Shown in pieces: positions 43,361 through 52,126 of a stretch of 64,000 nucleotides of DNA; the stretch's first letter is position 1; each line of letters begins with the position of its first letter. The DNA lies in NCBI GenBank assembly GCA_900549715.1, contig URPK01000008.1:23174-87173 (forward strand). The letters run 5' to 3'. This DNA is from an uncultured Collinsella sp. Lineage in GTDB: Bacteria; Actinomycetota; Coriobacteriia; Coriobacteriales; Coriobacteriaceae. The translations under genes were made by a program, and so were the position numbers. The notes under the pieces were generated by a model. That model was not told where the DNA came from. It did no database searches and saw only the letters and a program-made list of their open reading frames with translations.

Positions 43361-45133
43361 ATGGCGAAGATTACCGGTATTACGTGCAACCACGTTAAGG
43401 GGATTAACCATCTTGACGTGCCATGCGATTTTTACCCGAACAAGCCTAACTTTCTTGTGGCGCCTAACGGGTCGGGTAAGTCTTCGCTTGCGACGGCGTT
43501 TGCATCCCTTAACACCAGGCGGCTAAAATTGGCAGACGCGGATCGTTATAACGGGGAGGACTGGGACGACACCTCCTTGTCCGTGACTTTTGACGATGAC
43601 GTGACATTAAGTGCTAATGCTGATTCGAATGAAATTGCGAGTAGGGTAGACGTGCAGGTCGTCCGCTCGGGATTGTACGCAAATATGACGAACCGCCGGG
43701 TGGGGCCAAGGGTTCTCAGTCAAACGAAGATGAGCGTTCAACAGTGCGTTCTGTACGAGAAGGTGCCAGCCACTGTCCGCTTGAACTATTCAGTCACTGC
43801 GGAGCGACAGAAATATGCGTCGATCTTACGCGGGAGAATGGATAACCTTGCCGAGGCATTCAAGAGCTATGAGTTCCTTAGCGAGCTACTCAGCTGCGAT
43901 GCCGCTTTTAAAACGACTGAGGGTTCCCGATACGCTGCAGCAATCAATAATTTCTTCAAGGGCGTTATTTCGCTCGAAACGGGCATGGGCGGGGATATTA
44001 GTGAGGATGAAGTTCTCAGTTATATTTCTTTTGTAAAGCCACTGAGTTCAATCAAGGAAATCCTTGATCGTTGGTATCCCGAGAAGGGGGATATCTCGAA
44101 CTACCTGAATGCGATACAGGTCAATAGGTTTATCGAGAAGAGGCGTAACGAGATAAAGGAAGCCTGTTCATATCTTCGATTCCGTAAGATTAAGGATGAT
44201 ATCAATGAGATGCTCCATTTGCTGAACAGAACCAGGTATGGGGTCGTGGCTAAAGTCAGGAACCATCAGCTCGTCGTTGATTTCCCCGATTGGGATGAGG
44301 CCTCTAACGGCGAGATTGACGTACTCCAGCTGTGTGTTGCACTATTTCGAGCAAGGGCGAAGTTTGGTGAGAAAGAAAACGCTCTATTGCTTATCGATGA
44401 GGTTTTCGATTACCTTGACGATGCCAATCTGCTTGTCGCCCAGCACTTCCTGCTGGAGATGATGAAGCAGTTCAAGAATTCCGGGAAGAACCTCTATGCC
44501 ATCATCTTGACTCATCTTGACCCAGGCCTCTTTAAGAGTTTTCGTTTCAAAAGCTTCCATACCTCATACATTCCTAATTCAGGTCGTGATTCTGTAAATG
44601 GGTGTTTGAATAAGCTGCTCGTTGACAGAAATAGGTGTAAGAAGGAGCTCTCTGATATTTATAATTCGGTCTCCTCCCATTACCTTCATTTCTCTGAGTG
44701 TGACACAGTCTCTGATAACGTCTTGGAATACATCGCTAAACAGGGGATTGAAGATGAGCTGAAGAGGCCTTCATCGTTTCGGAGTGTTATGGAGGCAAAG
44801 CTTGGCGACTACTTCTCTGGAAAGTCCTTTGCTCCATCGGAAGTGTGCTGTGGCATCAGGTTGGCTGTCGAGAGGCTCGGTTATGAGAGGCTGGCGGCAG
44901 ATGATAAGCCTGGATTTCTGGAAATTAATACAGGGACCGAGGACAGGCTTCGATATGCGAGTGAGCATGGCGTTGATGTGCCAGAGACATTCCACCTGTT
45001 GGGCTCCATATACAACAGCTGCATGCATCTCTCCGGGAGGCCAGGCGAAACAGAGCTCGTCCAAAGAGAGCTAGGGAATAACATCATCAGACACATGATT
45101 GAGGTGTCGTTGAAGGAATTCGGCTGGGCATAG
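43361..45133 (+). CDS. ABC/SMC-type ATPase with possible C-terminal HEPN domain (RloC/PrrC/AAA_13-like)
   Basis: Walker A APNGSGKSS, signature ASNGE, Walker B LLIDEVFD, H-loop ILTH, C-terminal YNSCMH. Confidence 0.72.
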   Translation: MAKITGITCNHVKGINHLDVPCDFYPNKPNFLVAPNGSGKSSLATAFASLNTRRLKLADADRYNGEDWDDTSLSVTFDDDVTLSANADSNEIASRVDVQVVRSGLYANMTNRRVGPRVLSQTKMSVQQCVLYEKVPATVRLNYSVTAERQKYASILRGRMDNLAEAFKSYEFLSELLSCDAAFKTTEGSRYAAAINNFFKGVISLETGMGGDISEDEVLSYISFVKPLSSIKEILDRWYPEKGDISNYLNAIQVNRFIEKRRNEIKEACSYLRFRKIKDDINEMLHLLNRTRYGVVAKVRNHQLVVDFPDWDEASNGEIDVLQLCVALFRARAKFGEKENALLLIDEVFDYLDDANLLVAQHFLLEMMKQFKNSGKNLYAIILTHLDPGLFKSFRFKSFHTSYIPNSGRDSVNGCLNKLLVDRNRCKKELSDIYNSVSSHYLHFSECDTVSDNVLEYIAKQGIEDELKRPSSFRSVMEAKLGDYFSGKSFAPSEVCCGIRLAVERLGYERLAADDKPGFLEINTGTEDRLRYASEHGVDVPETFHLLGSIYNSCMHLSGRPGETELVQRELGNNIIRHMIEVSLKEFGWA

Positions 45134-45163
45134 TTGGTTGTTTAATAGGTCGGAAGTGATTTC

Positions 45164-45985
45164 ATGACACAGGCTGAATACTACATTGCGAGAATCGATG
45201 AGGCGCTACGCGCGTATGACGACCGTTCTGCGGGTGATCTTGTTAAGGAAATCATTGCCGTTTTTTCGAGCGCCGATTCGTTATTAATTTTGGGGCTTGA
45301 TAGGGATAAGAGTAGGGCGATCGTACCTGGCCAGGTGGTCAGATACGATAATAAAGGTGATTTGAAGAAGCTTCGGGGAAAACTCCTTGTCCAGATAGAG
45401 TCTGAGCGTAAGAATCTGAAGTGTGATCCATTTTTTCTCGCTCTCGCATCTGTCGACGAAGATATTGATGAGTGCAATCGTCTAATTAGCAGTGGAAACG
45501 ATGACGATCGTCGACGCTGCGTCGATCGTATGGTTCGGGTTTACGAGGTCGATATTAAGAACTTTGCCGTTGGCCTGAGTGGTTACGGGTTCGGCTCAGA
45601 AGAAGAGGATTTGCGTGATGATCTGGAGCTTATACTGGGTCACCTTAGGCATTACAGGGCTAAAATCGCTCTCGAGTCTGTGTCGGGAAGTATGAACACT
45701 GTGAATATTCAGGCTAGCGCTGTTAACCAGAATAGTGTGACGAATGTGCTGACTATTACTCAGGTTGCCGAGCAGGTCCAATCTATCCCGGAAAACGTTT
45801 TGAACGACGACCTTAAAAGAGAGCTAAAGTGCCTACTTCTCGATTTGGAAGCAGTCAAGAACAAGCCTAAGAAGGAAGCGGAAAGTCGCTTACAGAAAGT
45901 TCTTGCTTGGATGTCTGACAAGGGAGTTGACGTTGCGATAGCTGCTCTTCCTTACATTGTAAGCTTCATTGGCACGTTAGTATGA
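45164..45985 (+). CDS. Hypothetical protein (two apparent helical repeats plus amphipathic C-terminus)
   Basis: 273-aa ORF in low-GC DNA, 30 bp after the ATPase. Confidence 0.7.
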   Translation: MTQAEYYIARIDEALRAYDDRSAGDLVKEIIAVFSSADSLLILGLDRDKSRAIVPGQVVRYDNKGDLKKLRGKLLVQIESERKNLKCDPFFLALASVDEDIDECNRLISSGNDDDRRRCVDRMVRVYEVDIKNFAVGLSGYGFGSEEEDLRDDLELILGHLRHYRAKIALESVSGSMNTVNIQASAVNQNSVTNVLTITQVAEQVQSIPENVLNDDLKRELKCLLLDLEAVKNKPKKEAESRLQKVLAWMSDKGVDVAIAALPYIVSFIGTLV

Positions 45986-46073
45986 TGCGTTACGAATGGT
46001 GGCTTTCAACGGTTAGATAACTTCGCCTATTGATCAATGCTCGAACGGTATTTCTTTCTTTGGAGGAATTTCT

Positions 46074-47018
46074 TTGGCGGACTTAGTACATGTGTTGCCG
46101 ATTCAATCGGTTAGTGCCGAAGGCTGCGATGCACTTTCAAAGATTGAGTTACTTGAAGGCGATTCTGTCATCAAAATGAAAGAGTACTCCGATGTCGTGC
46201 GTTCTTTCTGGGAGGTCAATCAGCTTTATGAACAATTTCGATGGAACTACAGCGAATTGAGGCGTTTGGTTCCATGCGACCGGTCTGACATCTTGTCCGA
46301 GGGCTTTGCCGGCGGACGTTTTGGTGAGAGGATTGTTGTAAACGGCGCGTTTTGTAATTATGTATCAGCTGGCCGAGGTCTTATCGACAGAATGCAAGCC
46401 GTTATGCGTGAATACGACAAAGGTTCCAAAGACGAACTATATAAAGACTATTGGAAGTTGCCTTCTTCTTGGTATGACGGCGGCGGCCTTTACGTGTTTA
46501 TGTATGAGATACGAAATCCCGTTCAGCATGGTCAAACCGTTGTTTCGCTTGTGAAAGAAAAAGGCTCTACCAGGGTTCGATTCGATCTTGACCAAATCGC
46601 TGACATGCGCGAATACAGTACCTCGGCAAAGCTGCGCGCGTTTTTAGATACGACTATTTCGAAGATTAAAGAGTGTGATCCGTCTGGTTCTCCGTTCCTT
46701 AGTTTTCGTTATACGAACATGGAATACAACAAGCTTGTGATTGAACTCTTCTGTCATTTTCTGCAATGTGCTGAACCTAGGATACGTGAAGTTCGTAGGG
46801 ATACGGAACGTCTGCTTTCGCAGCACGATGGGGCGGTTGGCAGCTTAGGTGGCTCTTCTTTTGTTGCATATGTCGATGGTGACATGGCTCATGTTATTGA
46901 TCAGATTGATGTTGATCCGGTTAAGCAACTAAAAGATATACGCCTAAAAGCGAAGAGACATCTAAAGGAAGCCCGAAATGCAGTTGCGGCTGAGCGCCGT
47001 TTCTATGCTTTCCGATAA
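46074..47018 (+). CDS. Hypothetical protein with HEPN-like RxxxxH motif
   Basis: 314-aa ORF, GGAGGA RBS with TTG start, YEIRNPVQH motif. Confidence 0.6.
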   Translation: MADLVHVLPIQSVSAEGCDALSKIELLEGDSVIKMKEYSDVVRSFWEVNQLYEQFRWNYSELRRLVPCDRSDILSEGFAGGRFGERIVVNGAFCNYVSAGRGLIDRMQAVMREYDKGSKDELYKDYWKLPSSWYDGGGLYVFMYEIRNPVQHGQTVVSLVKEKGSTRVRFDLDQIADMREYSTSAKLRAFLDTTISKIKECDPSGSPFLSFRYTNMEYNKLVIELFCHFLQCAEPRIREVRRDTERLLSQHDGAVGSLGGSSFVAYVDGDMAHVIDQIDVDPVKQLKDIRLKAKRHLKEARNAVAAERRFYAFR

Positions 47019-47166
47019 AGGATAATCGCTGGCACGCTCTACTGTTTGGCGATTGCTGGCGTTGACGGGCATGTAGGTCTTCATAATAGAATTTACCAGT
47101 GGGACTGTCTAGATATTATGAACTTGCTGCTTTAAGCAAGGCGTTTTCGTTGTTAGGGAGTAAGCG

Positions 47167-48126
47167 TTGAACGTTTCTGTTAATAGCGATATAAAAGCAA
47201 ATGCTCAAGCTGGAGCGGTCAACTTTGCTGCCAATGATATGAATCTTCAGCCGACGCTAAACCTCAATCTTCAGGGGGACGGAAGTCGGTCAGCATTTCC
47301 TCTAAACTTTATTCAGGGCGTTCGCAGTGCCGTTCATCCGATTAAGACGGCAAAAGATGAAGCCGAAGCCGCTTGCGTTAGGGCAAAGTCAATATCCGAC
47401 ATTGTTGACATTTATAAGAAAGCTTTTCCGACCTTTAGTGACGCCCAGATCTTTCTTTTAGCATATGGATATCCTACGAGCACGATGCAGGCGGAAAATG
47501 TGCTGAAAGTTTTGAACCGTGCTGGTGGATCGGCTGATGGCTCCGACGCGAGCAAATTGGATTCATCCTGTATCGATATGGATATTCGCGGCGCTCAAAC
47601 TGCCTACGATGATGAGCTGAGGGAAATCTGGGCTAAGTTAATCTCTCAAGAAGTGTCAACGGGGCATGCGCGCTCAAAGAGAACCAAGGCCTTGCTTGAA
47701 CAGATGGATGTTGAGGATGCGGTCCAGCTGCTTTCGGTTCTTCGCTGTTGCTTGTGGACTCCCGTCGGCCCAAGTTCGCGTCCTGAGCCTGTCCCCTTGC
47801 TTTTCAGAACATCCTCCGATGGTTCGTGGACCTATAACGGCGGTATGGTTTCAACAGAAGCAGTTAGTACATTGGACTCGTTGGGTGTGCTGACGTCTGG
47901 TGAATGGATTTCTTTCACTGTTGACCCCGGTGACGAATTGGAGCTGTACTCTTTGCAGCGCCTCGTTTGTATCAGGAACAATGGTAAGGAGAAGTTGCAG
48001 CTCGATCTCGGGCGTGCCAAATTTTTAAAACCTGGAATTGAGCTTGCCGAGGTCGTTGGAGCTTCGGTTGATGAGAGGGTTTTGCAAATCATGAAAGAAA
48101 ATATTTCCGCCGATGTGAGATGGTAG
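47167..48126 (+). CDS. DUF2806/Abi-alpha-like protein
   Basis: DDELREIWAKLISQEV...SKRT..LL.QMD.EDA, later L.SLGVL. Confidence 0.6.
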   Translation: MNVSVNSDIKANAQAGAVNFAANDMNLQPTLNLNLQGDGSRSAFPLNFIQGVRSAVHPIKTAKDEAEAACVRAKSISDIVDIYKKAFPTFSDAQIFLLAYGYPTSTMQAENVLKVLNRAGGSADGSDASKLDSSCIDMDIRGAQTAYDDELREIWAKLISQEVSTGHARSKRTKALLEQMDVEDAVQLLSVLRCCLWTPVGPSSRPEPVPLLFRTSSDGSWTYNGGMVSTEAVSTLDSLGVLTSGEWISFTVDPGDELELYSLQRLVCIRNNGKEKLQLDLGRAKFLKPGIELAEVVGASVDERVLQIMKENISADVRW

Positions 48127-48481
48127 GCGGCTAGCTTATATATGAATAAAGACGGCTCATTGGCACACTTCTATGCGCCTCGCTTGTCAGCCCTCGCTGG
48201 AAGCCGCACCTGTAGACAAGCTAAGGATATCAACTAGAATAAAGTCAATTGCGGTGGAAGCCTTCGGGCGACACCTGAAGAGGGTTGGTTCGTTGGCCCT
48301 CTTTTTTGTTTGGATGTAAGATTCGGCCTGTCAAAACTTACATCCCAGTTGGTAAAAGATGTAATTGCGGGTGGTATTCTGCTCGCATGTAACTTTACTG
48401 ATGCGTTGTTGCTCAGCCTTAATTCGCTACTGTTTGCCGGTAAAGGATTGACTGGGACTGGGCTTTTCCTTACAGTTCCAA

Positions 48482-48557
48482 CTGTGATGAGGCCTTGCGA
48501 CGGTACGTCCGGCTTGGTCCGTGGAAACCGCCGAAAGGCGGTTTTTGCGTTTAAGGG
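48482..48557 (+). repeat. 76-bp direct repeat, copy 2
   Basis: 74/76 identical to 35623-35698. Confidence 0.92.
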
Positions 48558-48646
48558 CTGTTTTCCAGCGGCTTTCGTAGCGGGTATTCATGGTTCGCAT
48601 GGACTTTGGCTACATGACTTTTCCCGTAGTGACGTAATTGATGCAG

Positions 48647-48693
48647 GTCTCCTATCTCTTGCCGTAATATAATTACGGCAAGAGATAGGAGAC
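48647..48693 (+). promoter_or_regulatory. Perfect 22-bp-arm palindrome spanning the -10 box and RBS of the ATPase gene
   Basis: GTCTCCTATCTCTTGCCGTAAT-ata-ATTACGGCAAGAGATAGGAGAC; TATAAT at 48668-48673; AGGAG in the right arm. Confidence 0.75.
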
Positions 48694-48697
48694 TCTC

Positions 48698-49798
48698 ATG
48701 CTTAAGCGTTTTACTGTTGATGGCTATAGGAATTTTTCGACTCTGGTTTCATTAAATTTTGCAGCTTCTCGTGATTACCAGTTTGCAGAAGATAACGTTA
48801 AAAACGGAACCGTGAAAACCGCACTTTTGATCGGCAGAAATGCGTCTGGTAAATCGAATTTCGGTTCAGCTTTATTTGACATTACACTCGGCTTTCCAAA
48901 GGCATTCGATTATTCTGACCAGGATGATCGTCTGTTTTTGAATGCCGACTGCGGGCGAGGTACGGCACAGTTCACCTATGTCTTTGAATTTGACGGTCAC
49001 GAAATCAATTACTGCTATGAGAAGACTTCTCCGACTACTTGGCTTCATGAGAGCCTATCGATTGATGAGAGTCTCATTTTCGAATTCAATAACGCACGCG
49101 GCGTTTTCGAAGAGAACCATCTTGAACGAATCGGTGCTGCTGGGGTCAATTTTGAATTCTCCGATACTTCGTTGAGCCTTCTTTCATATATAACTAGCAG
49201 TCTTCCAACTAATGTTTTAGGCGTTTTGGCGGAGTTGCGACGATTTGTCTCGCACATGAGGCTGATTCGCATGGACGTTTTTCGATTAAAAGGGTTTGAA
49301 ACAAGAAAGGTAATCGACAAGATCATACGCGAGAACAAAGTTGCGGAATTCGAGTCATTTATTCGCAATTTTGGAGTCGATGAGTCTCTGATCGTTATTA
49401 GAGAGTCCGACGGCTCGCCTGTTCTGTATTTCAATCACCCTATGCGATGCATCCCATTTGTCGAGGCATGTTCTAGCGGTACAAGAACCCTGGTTAAGTT
49501 GTTCTCCGAGCTTGAGCTTAACGAGTCGGCCAGCTTTTTGTTCATAGATGAATTTGACGCTTTTTGTCACTTTGAGATGGCAGAGAGCCTTTTGAAGCTC
49601 TTTGCTTCAAAGGCATCGTGTCAGATACTGTGCTCGACCCACAATACCTCGCTTGTTAAGAATGGCGTAATGAGGCCTGACTGCGTTTATCAAATCTCTG
49701 CAAAAGGGGGCATTCGAACTTTGGCCGATTCCACCGATCGCGAGTTGAGGCTTGGCAACAACATTGAGAAGCTCCTCCGTGCCGGAGAGTTTGACTAG
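48698..49798 (+). CDS. AAA_21-type ABC ATPase (AbiLi/RloA-like)
   Basis: GRNASGKSN, SSGT, FIDEFDAF, STHN, C-terminal NIEKLLRAGEF. Confidence 0.85.
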   Translation: MLKRFTVDGYRNFSTLVSLNFAASRDYQFAEDNVKNGTVKTALLIGRNASGKSNFGSALFDITLGFPKAFDYSDQDDRLFLNADCGRGTAQFTYVFEFDGHEINYCYEKTSPTTWLHESLSIDESLIFEFNNARGVFEENHLERIGAAGVNFEFSDTSLSLLSYITSSLPTNVLGVLAELRRFVSHMRLIRMDVFRLKGFETRKVIDKIIRENKVAEFESFIRNFGVDESLIVIRESDGSPVLYFNHPMRCIPFVEACSSGTRTLVKLFSELELNESASFLFIDEFDAFCHFEMAESLLKLFASKASCQILCSTHNTSLVKNGVMRPDCVYQISAKGGIRTLADSTDRELRLGNNIEKLLRAGEFD

Positions 49799-49800
49799 TC

Positions 49801-50619
49801 ATGAACAATACGTCCGTAAAGAACGTCCTGCTCATTGTCGAAGGTGCTAAACGCGAGCCGCAGCTGATGGAGCGCATGTTTGATTCTTTTAGCCTCGCAG
49901 ATGATCATCAAATTGTTCATGTCGAGATTAATGTTCATGACTTTCTAGACAAGCTCTTTCAAGAATACGGTTGCGATTTTGAGGCCGTTGATCTTAGGTC
50001 CTTTGTTGCCGAGCTTCTTCCGGATAAAGATGATGCGACAGAGCTTCTCGAATCCAGTTTTACTGACACCTTGCTCATATTTGACTTAGATCCTCAGGAC
50101 AATCGGCACGATTTTAAGCGGCTTGAGCTAATGCAAGACTATTACTGCGATAGTACTGATATGGGTCAACTATATCTAAGCTATCCATCGGTTGAAGCAT
50201 ATCGTGATTTTGATCCCCTGAAGTATCGCTCTCTGGATGACGCCCTTGTTCCTTCAAATGTGATTTTTGGTCAGCGATCTTATAAGGACTGGGTTGCCAG
50301 GAGGGGAGATTCGCTTGCGGATATTGGGCGTATTGATGGTTTTACATTTGCTTGCATTATTGCCGTCCATGCCCTGAGGTCGCTTTGGTTAACTAATGAG
50401 CAGGTGATGCCAATTGCAAATGAGCCTCTGGCTGACTTAGCTGCGACCGTGGCGGGAATCAATCATTCTGAACTTCTGCTCAATGAGATTGATCGTCTGA
50501 ACAATGATTCATTTTGCGCATGCTGCACCTGCCTTTTCTTTATTGCAAATTGGCCTAAGAGGCTTAACGACGTTTGGAACAAAGCGATTAAGAGGGGTTT
50601 GGGTATTCGATTGGTTTAA
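49801..50619 (+). CDS. TOPRIM/RloB-like partner protein (AbiLii-like)
   Basis: LLIVEG...E, LIFDLD and LSYPSVE motifs; 2 bp after the ATPase. Confidence 0.65.
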   Translation: MNNTSVKNVLLIVEGAKREPQLMERMFDSFSLADDHQIVHVEINVHDFLDKLFQEYGCDFEAVDLRSFVAELLPDKDDATELLESSFTDTLLIFDLDPQDNRHDFKRLELMQDYYCDSTDMGQLYLSYPSVEAYRDFDPLKYRSLDDALVPSNVIFGQRSYKDWVARRGDSLADIGRIDGFTFACIIAVHALRSLWLTNEQVMPIANEPLADLAATVAGINHSELLLNEIDRLNNDSFCACCTCLFFIANWPKRLNDVWNKAIKRGLGIRLV

Positions 50620-50620
50620 A

Positions 50621-50812
50621 GAGGGTCGTACCGTGCGTTGGGAGCCCGTCAACGAGGTTCGTAACGTGCGCATTGTTGGCGATGTCTCGTCGGTCGAGGT
50701 GTTTGTGAACGATGGTGCGCTTGTGTTCTCGACGCGCATCTATCCCGAGGCCTATGGCGTGACCGTTGACGCTTCGGGTGCGAGTGTGACCTATCACACG
50801 CTCGATATCTAG
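50621..50812 (+). pseudogene. C-terminal remnant of GH32 sucrose-6-phosphate hydrolase/beta-fructofuranosidase
   Basis: RIVGDVSSVEVFVNDGALVFSTRIYP motif; no N-terminal part; GC rises at this point. Confidence 0.78.
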
Positions 50813-50908
50813 GCGATTCGTTGCCTATCGGCGCTATACTGCAGCCGTTGCCCACGATGCGGGGAACACCCGCATCGTGGGTTTTTGCTTATGAAGGGAC
50901 GGTGCCGC

Positions 50909-51901
50909 GTGGACGTACAGCAGCTAGAAGAGGCCTGGGCTTTGAGGGCCGGCGCGCGTGAGGCGCGATTGGTTGCGGCCTCGCATGTGCCGGCGGCGCT
51001 GTCTCTGTTGGGGGTTGTACGTCCCGGCGATCGCCTGGTTGCGTTTGCCGATGACTTTGCCGATGCGTTTGCGTGCGGCTTTGAGTGCTGCGACGTGGCT
51101 ATGGTGGGGGAGCCCGCGGCTGCGGCGTTTGCTGCTACGTCCGAGGGCTTTGATGCTTCGTTTGATGTCGAGGGGCCGCACCTGTGGTGGTTCGTCAACT
51201 CCATCGGCGGGTTTGGTCTGCGTGTGCCCGATCTGCGTACGCTAGGACGCGCCGCGCGTGAGGCTCATGCGCTGCTCGTGGTGGATAACACCGTGGCTGG
51301 TGTCTTTGGGTGCGATCCGTTGCGCTTGGGTGCCGTGCTGTCGCTCGAGGCACTTGATCGCGTATGCGCGGGCGATGCTCCGCACAAGTTGGTTGCCGTA
51401 TCGGTCGCGCGCTCGCAGCTCAAGCGCCATCGCGTGGATGCCGCTGCCGAGTGCGCGCATGCTCTGCTTAAGGGCTGTGGCTTGGTCAAACTTGATTTGC
51501 CTGCTGATGAGGCCGGTGTGCTGGAGTGCGGGCTGGACTCGCTCGATGCCCGCATGCAGGCACATTTCGACCGCGCACGTGCGCTGGCCGAGTACTTGGC
51601 TGCCAATGAGATGGTGCACGCCGTGCGCTATCCCGGACTGAGCTCGCATCCCGACCATGCGGTTGCAACTGGAATCCTCGAGCACGGCTTTGGTCCGGCA
51701 GTTGAGTTTGACCTTATTGAGCGCAGTGCGGGCGATTTGTTCGATGCTTTGCCGGGGGAGTTTCGTACATCGCCGGCCGGCGGCGCAACGACGCGCCTTT
51801 CGGCTCCACGCGGCAAGCAGGGGTGCACCATTCGCCTCTTCGCCGGCACCGACAACCCTCTGCAGGTGGCTGCCACCCTAGACAACGCCCTCCGCAAGTA
51901 G
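50909..51901 (+). CDS. Divergent Cys/Met metabolism PLP-dependent enzyme family protein
   Basis: LVVDNT, PLRLGA, RMQAH..RA..LAEYL, VRYPGLSSHPDH; PLP lysine motif not conserved. Confidence 0.75.
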   Translation: MDVQQLEEAWALRAGAREARLVAASHVPAALSLLGVVRPGDRLVAFADDFADAFACGFECCDVAMVGEPAAAAFAATSEGFDASFDVEGPHLWWFVNSIGGFGLRVPDLRTLGRAAREAHALLVVDNTVAGVFGCDPLRLGAVLSLEALDRVCAGDAPHKLVAVSVARSQLKRHRVDAAAECAHALLKGCGLVKLDLPADEAGVLECGLDSLDARMQAHFDRARALAEYLAANEMVHAVRYPGLSSHPDHAVATGILEHGFGPAVEFDLIERSAGDLFDALPGEFRTSPAGGATTRLSAPRGKQGCTIRLFAGTDNPLQVAATLDNALRK

Positions 51902-51916
51902 CTAATCGGGGTCTGT

Positions 51917-52076
51917 GCCACGAAAACGGCCTATTTACTACGTTTAAGCCGTAGGGGTCGACCATACCCGCTTATTTTGAAAATCGCCAAGCTGTCTACC
52001 AGCGGTTTTATTTTCATAATGCCCGGTATGGTCTAGGGTATTCAACTAAACGTAGTATATGGGCCCATTTTGTGGC
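51917..52076. mobile_element. 160-bp MITE-like nested-palindrome element, copy 2
   Basis: Same length and motif layout as 13956-14115, inverted; lies between convergent genes. Confidence 0.65.
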
Positions 52077-52126
52077 GCGAGCCTCAATCCGAGGGCGCGC
52101 TGGACAACAATTCAGTCCCAAAAGGA

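Noticed and set aside
48310..48672. 120-aa ORF (and 35589-35789) spanning the 76-bp repeat
   Set aside because: Similarity is limited to the DNA repeat, there is no clear RBS, and the frame crosses a terminator-like hairpin.
40522..50619. Integron cassette array
   Set aside because: Genes are co-oriented, but no integron integrase and no recurring attC-like sites were found between them.
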